Below are positions 1 to 27,100 of a DNA stretch of 64,000 nucleotides, in pieces. The stretch's first letter is position 1; every line of letters starts with the position of its first letter. Under the pieces are notes generated by a model. That model did not search any database, was not told the origin of the DNA, and saw only the letters and a program-made list of their open reading frames with translations. Source of the DNA: Hormiphora californensis (Eukaryota > Animalia > Ctenophora); the NCBI GenBank assembly GCA_020137815.1, contig CM035353.1:4154001-4218000 (forward strand), written 5' to 3'. A program made the translations under genes and the position numbers.

Positions 1-1618
1 TATCGAACCCGCTAACTAGCGAAATCATTTCCACACACGGCGTGCCTGGTGAAATTTTAACACGACCTAGCATGCAACGGGAAACCACCACTTGTACGTG
101 GTAGCTGAGGGTCTACAGAATGGCGCTACGGTGCGGGAAAAAAAAGTCCATGCCCTAAAATCGTTTTTTTTACTTTTATTTGATTTGGGTCAAAATTGGC
201 TATATTAAACGTGGTCCCGAAAAATCCATAATGACTTAGCACACGAAATATGTCACCCCTACGTATTTTTGCACGTAGAATCGATTGCCGTTGAAGTCGA
301 ATCTCTAAAATGACTGTAAAATGGTCAAAAGTTGATTTTTTACCATTTTTTGGAGGTTTTTGGCCCCTAAACCATTGAAAACGTTGAGATAGGAATTTGA
401 AACTAGTGCCAATCGTTAAAATGGTCATTTTTCTACCAAGAACCAAGTTTTCGTGTATATCCGATTTATGGTTAGATTTGGGCAAATTGTTGAAATCTGC
501 CAACTAGGAGAACCGTAACTTGATTTTCTTGTTTTTTGGATTTTGGCATTTTTGACAAACTTCTGATTGAAATGGTCAATCGGGACCATGCTTAAGTTGT
601 TTATGGGACAATTTTCGACTAAAATCCAAGATTTCATACCAATCCAATAACAGATCGTTGATTTATAGAAAATTTAAGTAGGCAAAACGGTCAAAATGAC
701 AACTTTTCTTGCTTATTTTGACCGTTTTGCCTACTTAAATTTTCTATAAATCAACGATCTGTTATTGGATTGGTATGAAATCTTGGATTTTAGTCGAAAA
801 TTGTCCCATAAACAACTTAAGCATGGTCCCGATTGACCATTTCAATCAGAAGTTTGTCAAAAATGCCAAAATCCAAAAAACAAGAAAATCAAGTTACGGT
901 TCTCCTAGTTGGCAGATTTCAACAATTTGCCCAAATCTAACCATAAATCGGATATACACGAAAACTTGGTTCTTGGTAGAAAAATGACCATTTTAACGAT
1001 TGGCACTAGTTTCAAATTCCTATCTCAACGTTTTCAATGGTTTAGGGGCCAAAAACCTCCAAAAAATGGTAAAAAATCAACTTTTGACCATTTTACAGTC
1101 ATTTTAGAGATTCGACTTCAACGGCAATCGATTCTACGTGCACAAATACGTAGGGGTGACATATTTCGTGTGCTAAGTCATTATGGATTTTTCGGGACCA
1201 CGTTTAATATAGCCAATTTTGACCCAAATCAAATAAAAGTAAAAAAAAACGATTTTAGGGCATGGACTTTTTTTTCCCGCACCGTAGCGCCATTCTGTAG
1301 ACCCTCAGCTACCACGTACAAGTGGTGGTTTCCCGTTGCATGCTAGGTCGTGTTAAAATTTCACCAGGCACGCCGTGCACATAGCACCACCGATTCGAAA
1401 TAGGGTTAATACGGCGAAATTGACATTGAAATCCATACAATTTTCGTGAAATAATTGAAAAATTTTGCATGAAAAAGCCCGATTTCTGGGCATTTTTTGA
1501 CCAAAAAATTCGGTGGTTCGGCCAAAATTTCCTACCGAACCGAACCGAACCGAACCGCCCAAAAAACACCGAATTTCCGAACCGAACCGAACCGAACCGA
1601 ATATTCGGTCGCTTCCTG
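1..1618. mobile_element. Right part of a non-autonomous hAT-like element (same family as 20816-22162), interrupted by a foldback insertion
   Basis: 1-35 plus 1382-1618 match about 21891-22162 nearly base for base; it carries (CCGAA)n subterminal repeats and ends TTCGGTCGCTTCCTG. Confidence 0.88.
36..1377. mobile_element. Foldback (almost fully palindromic) non-autonomous DNA transposon, CAC...GTG termini, 4-bp TSD (Chapaev/CMC-like)
   Basis: Arms 36-697 and 715-1377 are near-perfect reverse complements (mirror ORFs 425..637- and 775..987+) around a 17-bp loop. CACA flanks both ends, and the uninterrupted copy at about 21920 has a single CACA. Confidence 0.88.
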
Positions 1619-1861
1619 CCGTTCAGGAAATATTTGCCATTTTCCGTTTTGGCGGGAAAACATTTCGGCGTGCCACTGCACCCAGCAATCAACATAAATT
1701 GTAGTTAGTAATTGTGGAGTGGGGTGCCATGCCTGTAGATGTAAGCAATACTTTTTAAAACTTTTGCTGAAAAATGGGTAAGCGGATCTGTAATTTTGGG
1801 TTATCTCGTTACGAACTCCCTCTCTCTCTCTCTCTCTGATATCCCCCATATATATATATTG

Positions 1862-2012
1862 AGGGAAGTAATTTTGATATCTCCTTCTGGTGATCAACAC
1901 ACACACACGCCCTCTGTACAACAGTTTAATGGGGAATCTGTACATTAAACTGTTGTACAGAGGGCGTGTGTGTGTGTTGATCACCAGAAGGAGATATCAA
2001 AATTACTTCCCT
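1862..2012. repeat. Perfect 70-bp inverted repeat with 11-nt loop (hairpin or MITE-like)
   Basis: 1862-1931 is the reverse complement of 1943-2012; no clear TSD. Confidence 0.85.
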
Positions 2013-2080
2013 TTATCACATGGTGTCTAGCTAAGGGCAGGAGCTTGAATATAGAGCGATGAAATGCGATCAGTACATAG

Positions 2081-2250
2081 GGTTTGGTAGCTTAGTGGTT
2101 TATAGCTCCGAGCATGTCTCTCTGGAGGTCCCTGGTTCAATTCCCGGTCAAACCCAGTATTTTATAGGGTTTGGTAGCTTAGTGGTTTATAGCTCCGAGC
2201 ATGTCTCTCTGGAGATCCCTGGTTCAATTCCCGGTCAAACCCAGTATTTT
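2081..2250 (+). pseudogene. Two tandem tRNA-like units (87-bp period): tRNA pseudogene or SINE head
   Basis: A box TAGCTTAGTGG, B box GGTTCAATTCC, acceptor stem GGTTTGG/TCAAACC and a following T-run; the anticodon arm is imperfect (no U33). Confidence 0.65.
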
Positions 2251-2768
2251 TCGATTTTCTTCCCTATTTAATTCTTGCTCTGAACTCATTATTCAGTATA
2301 TATATTGAGCCCCTTAATAATTTTGCATTTTGAAATGATAATCCTTAGAAATGCTTATATACAAAAATAAAGTTACAAGTCTCATAGCCCCTGCCCATCC
2401 TCCAACCCAACACCAAGACGCACATTCACTATTAACCTCAGGAGCGCAGTAATGCAATTGGGGGTTAGAAATGCCATTATGACCGTAATTCAACTACCCA
2501 TTTTTGTCTCGGCCGGAATGTGGAGGTATACGAGGATATATGGGAAATTACATACTAGTGCATGATTTTATTTTATATAGTATAGTACACTTTGAAGTTG
2601 AGGTGTTTCAAAAGATATATATTTGAGATGTAGGGAGATTGGAGCGAAGTTAGAGTGGATTATATCGAATTGGAACTTCCTGCGCCGTGTATTTATATGT
2701 AGTGGGTGTTGTGGGGGTGAGGATTGGAACTTCCTCACCAAATTAGGCTTGCCCCCACTCTTACCATA

Positions 2769-2775
<7 letters not shown>

Positions 2776-2834
<59 letters not shown>

Positions 2835-2853
2835 TCTTTCTCTCTCCCTCTCT

Positions 2854-2907
<54 letters not shown>

Positions 2908-3117
2908 GATCTCTTTCTGATCTCTTTCTGATGTCTCTCTTTCTTTCTCTCCCTCCCTCTCTCTATCTCTATCTATTTCTATCGCTCACTTACTTGCATT
3001 CACTATACTGTGTATGTTTCTCCTCTTATTCCCTCTGCATCTTAGTTACCCCTCTCTGTCCCTCCCACTCTCTTCCTGTTATAAAGTCTTCTCTCCCACT
3101 TTAACTTTCACTCTCTT

Positions 3118-3154
<37 letters not shown>

Positions 3155-3170
3155 CTCTCTCTCTCTCTCT
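2776..3170. repeat. (CT)n microsatellite tracts
   Basis: Long CT runs; similar tracts at about 3858-4020, 11700-11860, 18500-18655, 48014-48125 and 54816-54950. Confidence 0.95.
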
Positions 3171-3343
3171 AACGTTTTCTCTCCTGCAATTAAATACCAA
3201 ATTTACGAATGCACACGCCTGTATCTACCCTCAACACGCCCCCTACCTGTACACATAAACCTACCTTTGTATATTTTGTGGGTGTGTTACTAATGACAAG
3301 TTCAAGAACCCTGCACCTGTGTCCTAACCCCCCATCCTCCTAG

Positions 3344-11395
<8,052 letters not shown>

Positions 11396-11699
11396 AGACT
11401 GTAAACTGACGCCACGAATCAGGCGATCTATCTAGGCACAAGTTAGAAGTTCCAGCGAGAGAGAGAGAGAGAGTGATGGGATGATGTTGACACACCGCAG
11501 CTGCCCCCGCCCAGAGACTCCCAACATGACCAGACACTATCTATGTATTACTTTTTACACTTTATAGGCCCAACTTGTATTCACTTAGATCATGTTCATT
11601 ATAGAAGTAGGGAGTGGAGAGAGGAAAAAAGAGAGGGATATATATAGAGATTAGAGACAGGAAAGGAAAGGGAGAGAGAGAAAGGAGATAGATAGGGAT

Positions 11700-11788
<89 letters not shown>

Positions 11789-11973
11789 AGAGAGAGAGCT
11801 GAGAGAGAGTAGAGAGGAGAGAAGAGAGAGAGAGAGGACTGAGAGAGAGAGAGAGAGAGATCTGCTGAGTTATACATCTAGGATAGTGATTATGATTGAA
11901 ATTGAAAGATTTAATGACACAAGATATATGTTTTATAGAGGATTATTAGAGATTTTGACAGATATATGTGAAA

Positions 11974-12082
11974 CAGGAACCGACCGAATCAGGAAATACT
12001 GGTCCCTGATTGGCTGATAACCAGTCACGTGACCTAAATAACGAGTTCTGATTGGTTGTTTACTTGTTTCGATCGGTTCCTG
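11974..12082 (+). mobile_element. 109-bp hAT MITE
   Basis: TIR CAGGAACCGA...TCGGTTCCTG; 8-bp TSD ATGTGAAA. Confidence 0.93.
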
Positions 12083-12626
12083 ATGTGAAATGAATAGTTG
12101 TTGAGTAACCCCTCACCAAATTGATATAGTGTTTTTATGACGACACTTATTAACAGTTGTTCAGGAACAAGTTGATGCATCTCTCATTGTGTATGGAGAT
12201 GTTTGGAGAAAGAGTGCGTATGTGTGACAATGTTCTATGTGATATCCTGTGCATTGGGAATTTACATGGGATACGATTTATTTCCGCCTCCAATGAAGTA
12301 CCCTCTTATTTTTGTTGAACAAAATATTACTACGGAACAAATTGTTCCGTCGAAATCATGACACTGGAATCGGTGTTACCATCTCATTTGTCTCATATAA
12401 GACCGTCCTCTTCGCACCGGACCGTATAGAAGGCCCGTTGCGAAGGGTACGGGACTTCTATACAGTGTACATCTCTATACAGTGTACAGCTCGGTCAGTG
12501 CCTGACGCCCTGACAACATCTCATCCACACATACGTTACTTCATGGTGATAGGTCTTCAGTGTTTGTTGACTTCTTTCCTGACTGAATACGTGGAAAATG
12601 ACTAAGGCGGGTTTTTTATAGGAATT

Positions 12627-13290
12627 CTTTCCTGGCAGACGCTCAGCTTGAAGCTGAGCGTTGCGTCGGACTGAATCTGAGCGCGGCGCGACTTCTCAAA
12701 GTTTTCACCGCAGTTAAATGTAGCGCGTTCAAAGAAATTTTGTGATCACGCGCGCTTTAAAATGACCAGACATAAAAAGTAAGTGCAGTTTTATTTTGGC
12801 CAGCGTTAAAATCGGCCAGCGTTAAAATGTGGGTGTTTTGGAAGTGCTGACAAACGGTTTTTTTAGGGTTAGGGCTAAAGTAGGGTTAGGGTTAGGGTTG
12901 GGGTTTGGGTTGGGGTTAGGCCTTGACATTCCCTACCAGATAAACTTTGAATCAGCCAAAACGGTTGAGTGGTTTTGCGGTTAGAGCCATTTTAGTGAAT
13001 CAACTTTTTTGGCAGCGCGCACCTGTAAACAGGCCTCCAAACACCCAGATCGTAACGGCGCCCGCTAAAATCTGGGTGTTTGGTGAGTGCTGACAAACGG
13101 TTTTTTAGGGTTAATAACCCTGGGTTATGGCTAAAGTAGGGTTGGGGTTAGGCCTTGACATTTCCTATCGGAAATACTTTGAATTAGCCAAAACGGTTGA
13201 GTGGTTTGGCGGTTAGAGCCATTTTAGTGAATTAACTTTTTTGGCAGTGCGCACCATACACCCAGATCATAACGGCGCCCGAATTTCCCC
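12627..13290. mobile_element. Dispersed repeat with interstitial TTAGGG-like tracts and an internal duplication; related copy inverted at about 38880-39300
   Basis: TAGGGTTAGGG tracts; blocks at about 12825-13020 and 13065-13252 repeat; reverse-complement match near 38890-39130. Boundaries approximate. Confidence 0.65.
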
Positions 13291-14154
13291 GTGTCTGAAA
13301 GTATGTGGGGGTCTCACCCCCCACTCCCCCTGATCCGGGCTGCCGCCCAAGGCCCCTGGACGCACAGGTACGCGATGGGCCAGCGACGTCCCTGACTTTT
13401 TCGTTTGTTACTGAAGTCGTGAAAAATCGTGTGTTAACCTCTGGCCCACCGCCCAGCGACTCTTGGTTTGTCTGACAAACTTTGTTATCCATGATGGCTG
13501 TCAATTTTGTGTCCCTTTTTTAAGGGGAGAGGCGAGAGCGTTCCCGTGACTAAAGTCCAGAGTCCTTGTTACTAAGAATTCTCATCTGTTTGTCTCATGG
13601 ACTTATTAAGTGTCCGGTGTCCGCCGCACATCCTGACTTGTTCAGACCTGAGACCGGGATTTAGTATTAGCTAAACCCAACCTAATATATGACCCTTGCT
13701 GCCTCTCCATCAGGGAATGGAGCTATGACCGTAAGAAATTTCGAAAAACCTAACGAGGGTCACATTAGTTTGGGTTTGCCTTTACAAAGGAAGCAACTAT
13801 ATGTATTGTGTGTCAAAAGATTAAATGGAGGCCCGAAGACCGTGTTCCGACATGCGTGTAACTTGCTTGTGTCGCTAAACCCGTCAAACAAGCTAGATTC
13901 TCTAACCGCCACTTCCAAAATTCGTTGTTAAAACATCATCAGCAAATTAATTTATTTAAAGTTGAAATGTTACACTCTTACACCACTGACATCTTTAGAC
14001 TTGGCAGTTGGCTGTGAGACTGTTTACAGTCCCAGATGAGCGGCCCAAACCAAACCAAAAACTGACATCTTCAAATTTAGGATGGTGTTGTTTGACCAAC
14101 ACTTGGAGCAAGGTTAAACACCGCCGACCCATGAACCTCCGATATGGTCACTAA

Positions 14155-20315
<6,161 letters not shown>

Positions 20316-20698
20316 ATTCCTGGAATAAATCTTTGCTTTCCTGCTGATTCCTCGCCGATGGAGGATCATTCGAAACTTAGGAGCAGCTATACTATGGGAC
20401 AACCTGCTCGGGATTAATAATGTGTATTATCCCAAAAATCCCATCAAGTCCCCTTCCCCCCACTTTCAATACATTTAAATCCCCCTACTTTCACCCCTTC
20501 CCCTATCTTTATTGGAAAATGATTTATTGATATTCGCTATAATACAGACAGTTATATATATAATTCTATGTAATATGTAGTATGAGTGATTGGGAACGAA
20601 AAAAAACAGAGTAAGGGAAATAGGGCTCCCAAGGAGCAACTACTGCATCCCCCCGTATTATTTGTCGTACATACGAAATGCATGGAGTGAGTGTGTAT

Positions 20699-20703
20699 GT
20701 GTG

Positions 20704-20793
<90 letters not shown>
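20699..20793. repeat. (GT)n microsatellite
   Basis: Direct reading. Confidence 0.95.
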
Positions 20794-20795
<2 letters not shown>

Positions 20796-20815
20796 TTAGT
20801 GTCTTGGTTGTGTAG

Positions 20816-22162
20816 CAGGAAACGACCGAACCGGGTTTTTTTCCACCGAACCGAACCGAACCGAATTTGAAAAACTTTTTTACCGAACCGAACCGAACCG
20901 AACCGAATTTCGGTAACCGAACCGAACCGAACCATACAAAACTTTTTCTATATAAATGTTTCTCTAAAAAGTCATGGAGAGCACCGATCAAGGTATTGAG
21001 AATCATTCTCTGAAATTTTGTTAAAAAATGTTTGAAAAAATTTCAAAATCAATTTTGTGAAAAAATTTTCAAAGTCAATTTTATCGTAAATTTTCTATGT
21101 CAATTTTTGCGTACGAATCGTGTTTCGAATCGGCAATGCTATACGGGAATGGTATTGCTAATTAGCAGGATTAAACGAACCATGAATCGTGTTTCTCTAA
21201 ATTTCCTAATTAGATTTGATGGGGGATCACGTATCAGCACAATCCATCTCGGACCCACTAATTACCAACATCACTCCCGTTTAGCATTGTCGATTAGAAA
21301 CACGATTCATATACCATAATTTACTTAAAATATTTTTCACAAAAAAAATTTCACAAAATTTCAGGTAATGATTCTCAATACCTTGATCGATGCTCTCCAT
21401 GAACTTTTAGAGAAACATTTAATTTTGTGAAAAAACTTTGTAAAATATTTCAAAGTCAATTTCGGAAAAAAAAATTCTATGTCAATTTTGCCGTACGAAT
21501 CGTGTTGCGAATCGGTGATGCTATGCGGCAGTGCTCTCGCTAATTAGCAGGATTTATTGAAACATGAATCGTTTCCCCTAAACTTCCTAATTAGATTTGA
21601 TGGGGGATCACGTATCAGCATAATCCATCTCGGACCCACTAATTAGCAACATCACTCCCGCTTAGCAATACCGATTCGAAACACGATTCGTACGCAAAAA
21701 TTGACATAGAAAATTTTCCATAAAATTGACTTTGAAATATTTTCCAAACTTTTTTTACAAAATTTCAGAGAATGATTCTTAACACCTTGATCGGTGCTCT
21801 CCATGAATTTTTTGAAAAAAAAGTTTCTGAATTTGTTGACCCTCTCATGAGGACACGATTCGACGGGAAGTCAGGTATCAAATCAATCCATATCGAACCC
21901 GCTAACTAGCGAAATCATTTCCACATAGCACCACCGATTCGAAATAGGGTTAATACGGCGAAATTGACATTGAAATCCATACAATTTTCGTGAAATAATT
22001 GAAAAATTTTGCATGAAAAAGACCGATTTCTGGGCATTTTTTGACCAAAAAATTCGGTGGTTCGGCCAAAATTTCCTACCGAACCGAACCGAACCGAACC
22101 GCCCAAAAAACACCGAATTTCCGAACCGAACCGAACCGAACCGAATATTCGGTCGCTTCCTG
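20816..22162. mobile_element. 1347-bp non-autonomous hAT element
   Basis: TIR CAGGAAACGACCGAA...TTCGGTCGCTTCCTG; 8-bp TSD TTGTGTAG; (CCGAA)n subterminal arrays; internal direct and inverted duplications; no transposase ORF. Confidence 0.93.
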
Positions 22163-22322
22163 TTGTGTAGAAAACATTACGGTTTCCTCCACACACCAAA
22201 TCAAAAGAAGCCAAACCTTTCAAAAATGTTTTTTCACTTTTTCTCGGCTTCTTGTGAGACACATTAGTATTTGTCAACACGTGTAGTGAGGCAAATGATG
22301 TTATATAATATACATACATATA

Positions 22323-22424
22323 TCACGCGTCTATTTCTGTTTGTCACGCGTCTATTTCTATTAGTCACGCGTCTATTTCTGTTTGTCACGCGTCTATTTC
22401 TGTTTGTCACGCGTCTATTTCTGT
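22323..22424. repeat. 21-bp tandem repeat, about 5 copies
   Basis: TCACGCGTCTATTTCTGTTTG units. Confidence 0.9.
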
Positions 22425-22430
22425 TATAAA

Positions 22431-22513
22431 CTGTCTGGCGGCGCCGACCCGATCTGCACACACTGTCGTGTTTGATTTGATAATCAAAACGGGGTCTCGC
22501 GGCGCCAGACAGG
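22431..22513. mobile_element. Small MITE-like element (CTGTCTGG...CCAGACAG); related copy at about 49770-49872
   Basis: Terminal inverted repeats and shared internal motifs GATCTG and AAAACGGG. Confidence 0.55.
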
Positions 22514-23379
22514 TTGTAGACCTGTTTTTTTGCTCAAAAACAGACGGAACAACGAAGTGCGTGTTTCTTGTTTAGTACTCAAAAGATCCCTTTGCCTTGC
22601 TCGACCCTCAGAAGGGTGTGAACAAAGTTCTATATTTTCGAGTAAGACATATGTAACACATGTATTAGAGTGAAAATAGTGTAAAACGTTTTATATCTAC
22701 TGAATACTCAGTTGTATTCGTTAAAGGCGCCCAGTAGATTGCTGCATGGCGGTACCGAACCGATCTGAGCTTCGTACGAGAAATAGAACGGAGTCGGCGC
22801 CACCAGAAATGTGCATGTCTTGTGTATGTGTGTGTGTGTGGTAAGGTGTTAAACTCGACAGCTCCACCAATATTTGTCCTAGATCTCTAAATTAGTAGAG
22901 TAGAGATATTTTCCCCTTTTGTGTTTCAAGACAGAAAGAACTAGCAATTTAAGTAATACCCCATTCAGTTTTACACGGAAATGAATGTCTTTTTGTTTGT
23001 TGCTACAACAATAGTGACGGTGTGACATCAAAAACACATCTGCCCTTTCCGGAAAACAGTTTGCTGTTTTAGCAAGAGGCAGAAAAATACTGCATCTGAA
23101 TGTAGCAGCTCCGATGTAATCATGCCTGTAATGACGTTGGTAAGCGAAGTGATGACGACAATGGTTTTATGCTGTTTGCCCCGCAAAATAGAAGAGGAAT
23201 AAAATGTGAATGCGCGCAAAATAATGCACTGCAGACAGTTGCAGTTTCACTGTTATTTTGTCATCGCGCGCTACTGTCCAGTACACCGTTGCATTGTCAC
23301 AAATTACATAGAAAATCCGGATTCTGAGAGGGTTGTAAAAAAATACTCTGTCTATATACATAATTTACACATTTTCACA

Positions 23380-24069
23380 TTATCTGAAGGGTCTCTGTTT
23401 CTGTTTTATCCTCAGTGGGGGAAGCTGGCTGGCTGGAGAGGAGAAGGAAGGGTTGTGATATTGTCTGGTATGGAGGGGTTGGACACTTTCCCACTGGTAC
23501 ACAACCTCACTCTCACTATCACAACTATTAGCAGTGGGTGGCGGGGGTGTTCGGTGCTGCCGCTGGTGTAGAAACCTCTCCCTCACCATTTCCCGCTTTT
23601 TAGCAGCACTCACTTTCTTCCCGAACTTCTTGGATCGTGAAATGAGTTTTTGGGCCGTTTGATCACTAACCCCCCATTCAGTGACCATCTCCTGTTGTCT
23701 TCTGCTCACTCTTTTACTACTCGGCATTGAGAGGATGCTAATCTCACTGGGCCCACTGGCGAGACTATTGCCTCTGCTAGGGGGACACAGCCTGCTGAGG
23801 GGTAAGAGAGGTACGGGGGTGCGTGTCGTGTCCGTTACAACTGATGATACTGAGAGATGGGAGTAGGCAGGGGTGGGAGGGAGGGAGACGTGGTGTGCGA
23901 GAGATGGGGTCGGAGGTAACCCCCATCCTCTGTCGAGATCATCCTCGTCCCAGTTAAGGGATCCTACTTCATCCAAACTCTCGAGGTCGTCCAGGTCATA
24001 GGTAGCTTGTCGGTACGCCTGGTGAGAGAGGGGGGAGGTGAGAGAGGGGAGATATAGGGTGGGATATAA

Positions 24070-24139
<70 letters not shown>

Positions 24140-27100
24140 TGGCTAAAAACAATAGATAGTCTACTAATAATACCTCTGCAATTCGCTTCCTCACTATCCA
24201 CCCCCTAGCAAGAGACTGAACAGCGACCACTCCCTTCTCCATCTGCCTTCTTCTCTCCTGTCTCCTATGTAACCATGGTAACCAATTCCAAAGATCTCTC
24301 CTCACGGTGTAACCTCTCCAAATCCTTTGTACCAAAACGGAGGCGACCGAGAGCCGCTTGTACTCCCTATACAGCTGCATTTGTCGCTGCTCAACTAGGT
24401 TTTTATAACGTAGTCTGCTACTGAAACCTCTTATCAGGCTCTGCAAACTGAGGACTGATTTGGCCGCAGACTGTCCAATGTTAGCTACTGGCTGGGTCTT
24501 GTTAGGTACAGGTGACTGCAGTTTTGTAACACTAACAGGTCGAACAGTGTCTCTAGAAGGTCGACTAGTGACTTGAGAAGGTCCAGTAGTGTCTCTAGAA
24601 GGTCCAGTAGTGACTTGAGAAGGTCGAGTAGTGACTTGAGAAGGTCCAGTAGTGTCTCTAGAAGGTCCAGTAGTGTCTCTAGAAGGTCCAGTAGTGTCTC
24701 TAGAAGGTCCAGTAGTGTCTCTAGAAGGTCCAGTAGTGTCTCTAGAAGGTCGACTAGTGACTTGAGAAGGTCCAGTAGTGTCTCTAGAAGGTCGACTAGT
24801 GACTTGAGAAGGTCCAGTAGTGTCTCTAGAAGGTCCAGTAGTGACTTGAGAAGGTCCAGTAGTGTCTCTAGAAAGTCCAGTAGTGACTTGAGAAGGTCCA
24901 GTAGTGTCTCTAGAATGTCGAGTAGTGTCTCTAGAAGATCGACTAGTGTCTCTAGAAGGTCGAGTAGTGACTTGAGAGGAATCATCTTTCTTGGGTGTAG
25001 GTGGTCGTGGGTTGTATAATTTAGTAGGATGGCCCTCTCTCGTGGAAGGGGGTGCTTCCAATTCGGGTAAAACTTTGCTATAGAAGCCTTCCTTTGGAGT
25101 TGCAACAGGCGTGTAATTCTCCGCTTCCAATCCGTTCCAGTTGCCTGTCTCAGCACACTGCTGAAGTATCATCTTTGAAATCTCCCAGCGTTCCCTCAGA
25201 TAATCCACCTAAAAAAGGGCACTGTTTAAATCATCACGTTGGTGGTGGTGGTTTATACACAGATCATTGTTGTGTCTGTGTGTTGTCGCCATTATATATT
25301 TTCTAAGAAACAATTTCTGTAATTCATACCTTTGCAGTTGTCTCGTAAGGTGGCTCGAACTGTTTTAATCTCTCCTGAAGCTTCCTCAGTCCCCTCTGAA
25401 GTTCTGTCGCATGACTTGTCACGTGACCCCTCACGCGTGAGGACAGCTGCGTGATGTCCAACGCGTTACCCTCTGCAAGCAGCTCACTTAGCGTGAGATA
25501 CCGGAGACATTGTTTTATATCTCCTGCTAGTGCGTTATTAGAGATATCCAGTGTGTGTAGAAAGGGGGCCACTGTGTAGATGGAGGGCAGGGAGCTGAGG
25601 ACATTACCACCAAGTCGGAGGGTAGAGAGAAGGGGCAACCAGGCAGTACTCAACATCCCAATATCTGTCAGACCTATAGAGAAGAGAGAAGGGGTGAATA
25701 ACTTTGGGATATTGTCAGTGGCCATGAGATAGAACACAATCTCCTCACAAAATCTCCACTTAGTACTTCTCGAAAATTCTCTGAGGCTGAGAGTCTCAGC
25801 TACCGCATATCATGTACTGTATATAATAATAGCTGAATTATATGTTACAAGTTCATGAGGTGCATGAGTCGCAGTAGTACACTCGTGTTTTCATCTATGT
25901 GAACCTCTATGTGTGTTAGCGCGGGGAGGACTCGAAAAAAAAACAAGAAAAACCTCTAGATGTGAGGTGGCCGGTATTTTCTAATTTATCCCACTATTAC
26001 TCCTGAATATGTTACTACGTACCATTATTTGATAGATCCAGGAAGGTTAGGAGGATGTTGTTCGAGAGACAGGGTACATTAACCAGACTGTTACCAGACA
26101 AATCTAAAAACTGGAGCAATCCTGTCAGGGGATTATTTGTTATGTTTGAACGGGGCACGGAAAAGGACAGAGAGACAGAGACAGCGACAGAGAGAATCGC
26201 CCCTATTATAACAGACCCCCATTACATCTAGTCACCCCCATTTCACATACCACATGTCGGGAGATGTTGTACAGTAGAGAGAGAGTTGTTACTTAGGTTT
26301 AAGTGAATCAGGTTAGGTAGGTACTGTAGTGCTCGAGTTGAAACCAACTTGTTCCCAGAGAGATTTAACTGAAGGGGATAGATAGTGTTGTGGGCTGGTT
26401 GTTTGTGACAGATGGTGTTGTGGACTGGGTGTTTGGGAGAGAGGGTATTGTGGGCAGGGTGTTTGGAAGAGAGGGTGTTGTGGGCTGGGTGTTTGGAAGA
26501 GAGGGTATTGTGGGCTGGGTGTTTGGGAGAGAGGGTGTTGTGGGCTGGGTGTTTGGGAGAGAGGGTGTTGTGGACTGGTTGTTTGGGAGAGAGGGTGTTG
26601 TGGGGCGGTGTTTGGGAGAGAGGGTGTTGTGGACTGTGTGTTTGGGAGAGAGGGTATTGTGGGCAAGGAAGGAGGCTTGTAAACTCGTATATTTTTATTT
26701 AAAAGACCAATTATGAAAAGTTATACCATACTAGTCATTATCATAATAAAACGCATTTATCAATTTCTCAGACAGGGTCAATAAGTTACCAGAGTCTCTT
26801 GATTTCTTTCACATAAATTATCTTTCAATCACACCTCAATCACACAACAATCACTGATCACACCTCAATCACACAAAACTCAGGCAAAACTCACACATCA
26901 ATCAAAGACTCAATCACATCCTTCAAACCCTCAGTCTGTCTCTGGTGGTGGCATATCGGGAACATGATATTTGCAGACAGCAGCAAACATTGGACACCCG
27001 AACTTCTCACACAGCCATTTATTCTTAACAACGGCCAGCTTTAGGGACTCCACTTTGAATTGGCAATTAAAATTGGTGTGAATAGCTCGTCCCATTCCCT

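Noticed and set aside
126-1984. Mirror-image and RFGSV/EPNRT ORFs
   Set aside because: By-products of the palindrome and (CCGAA)n arrays; no protein motifs.
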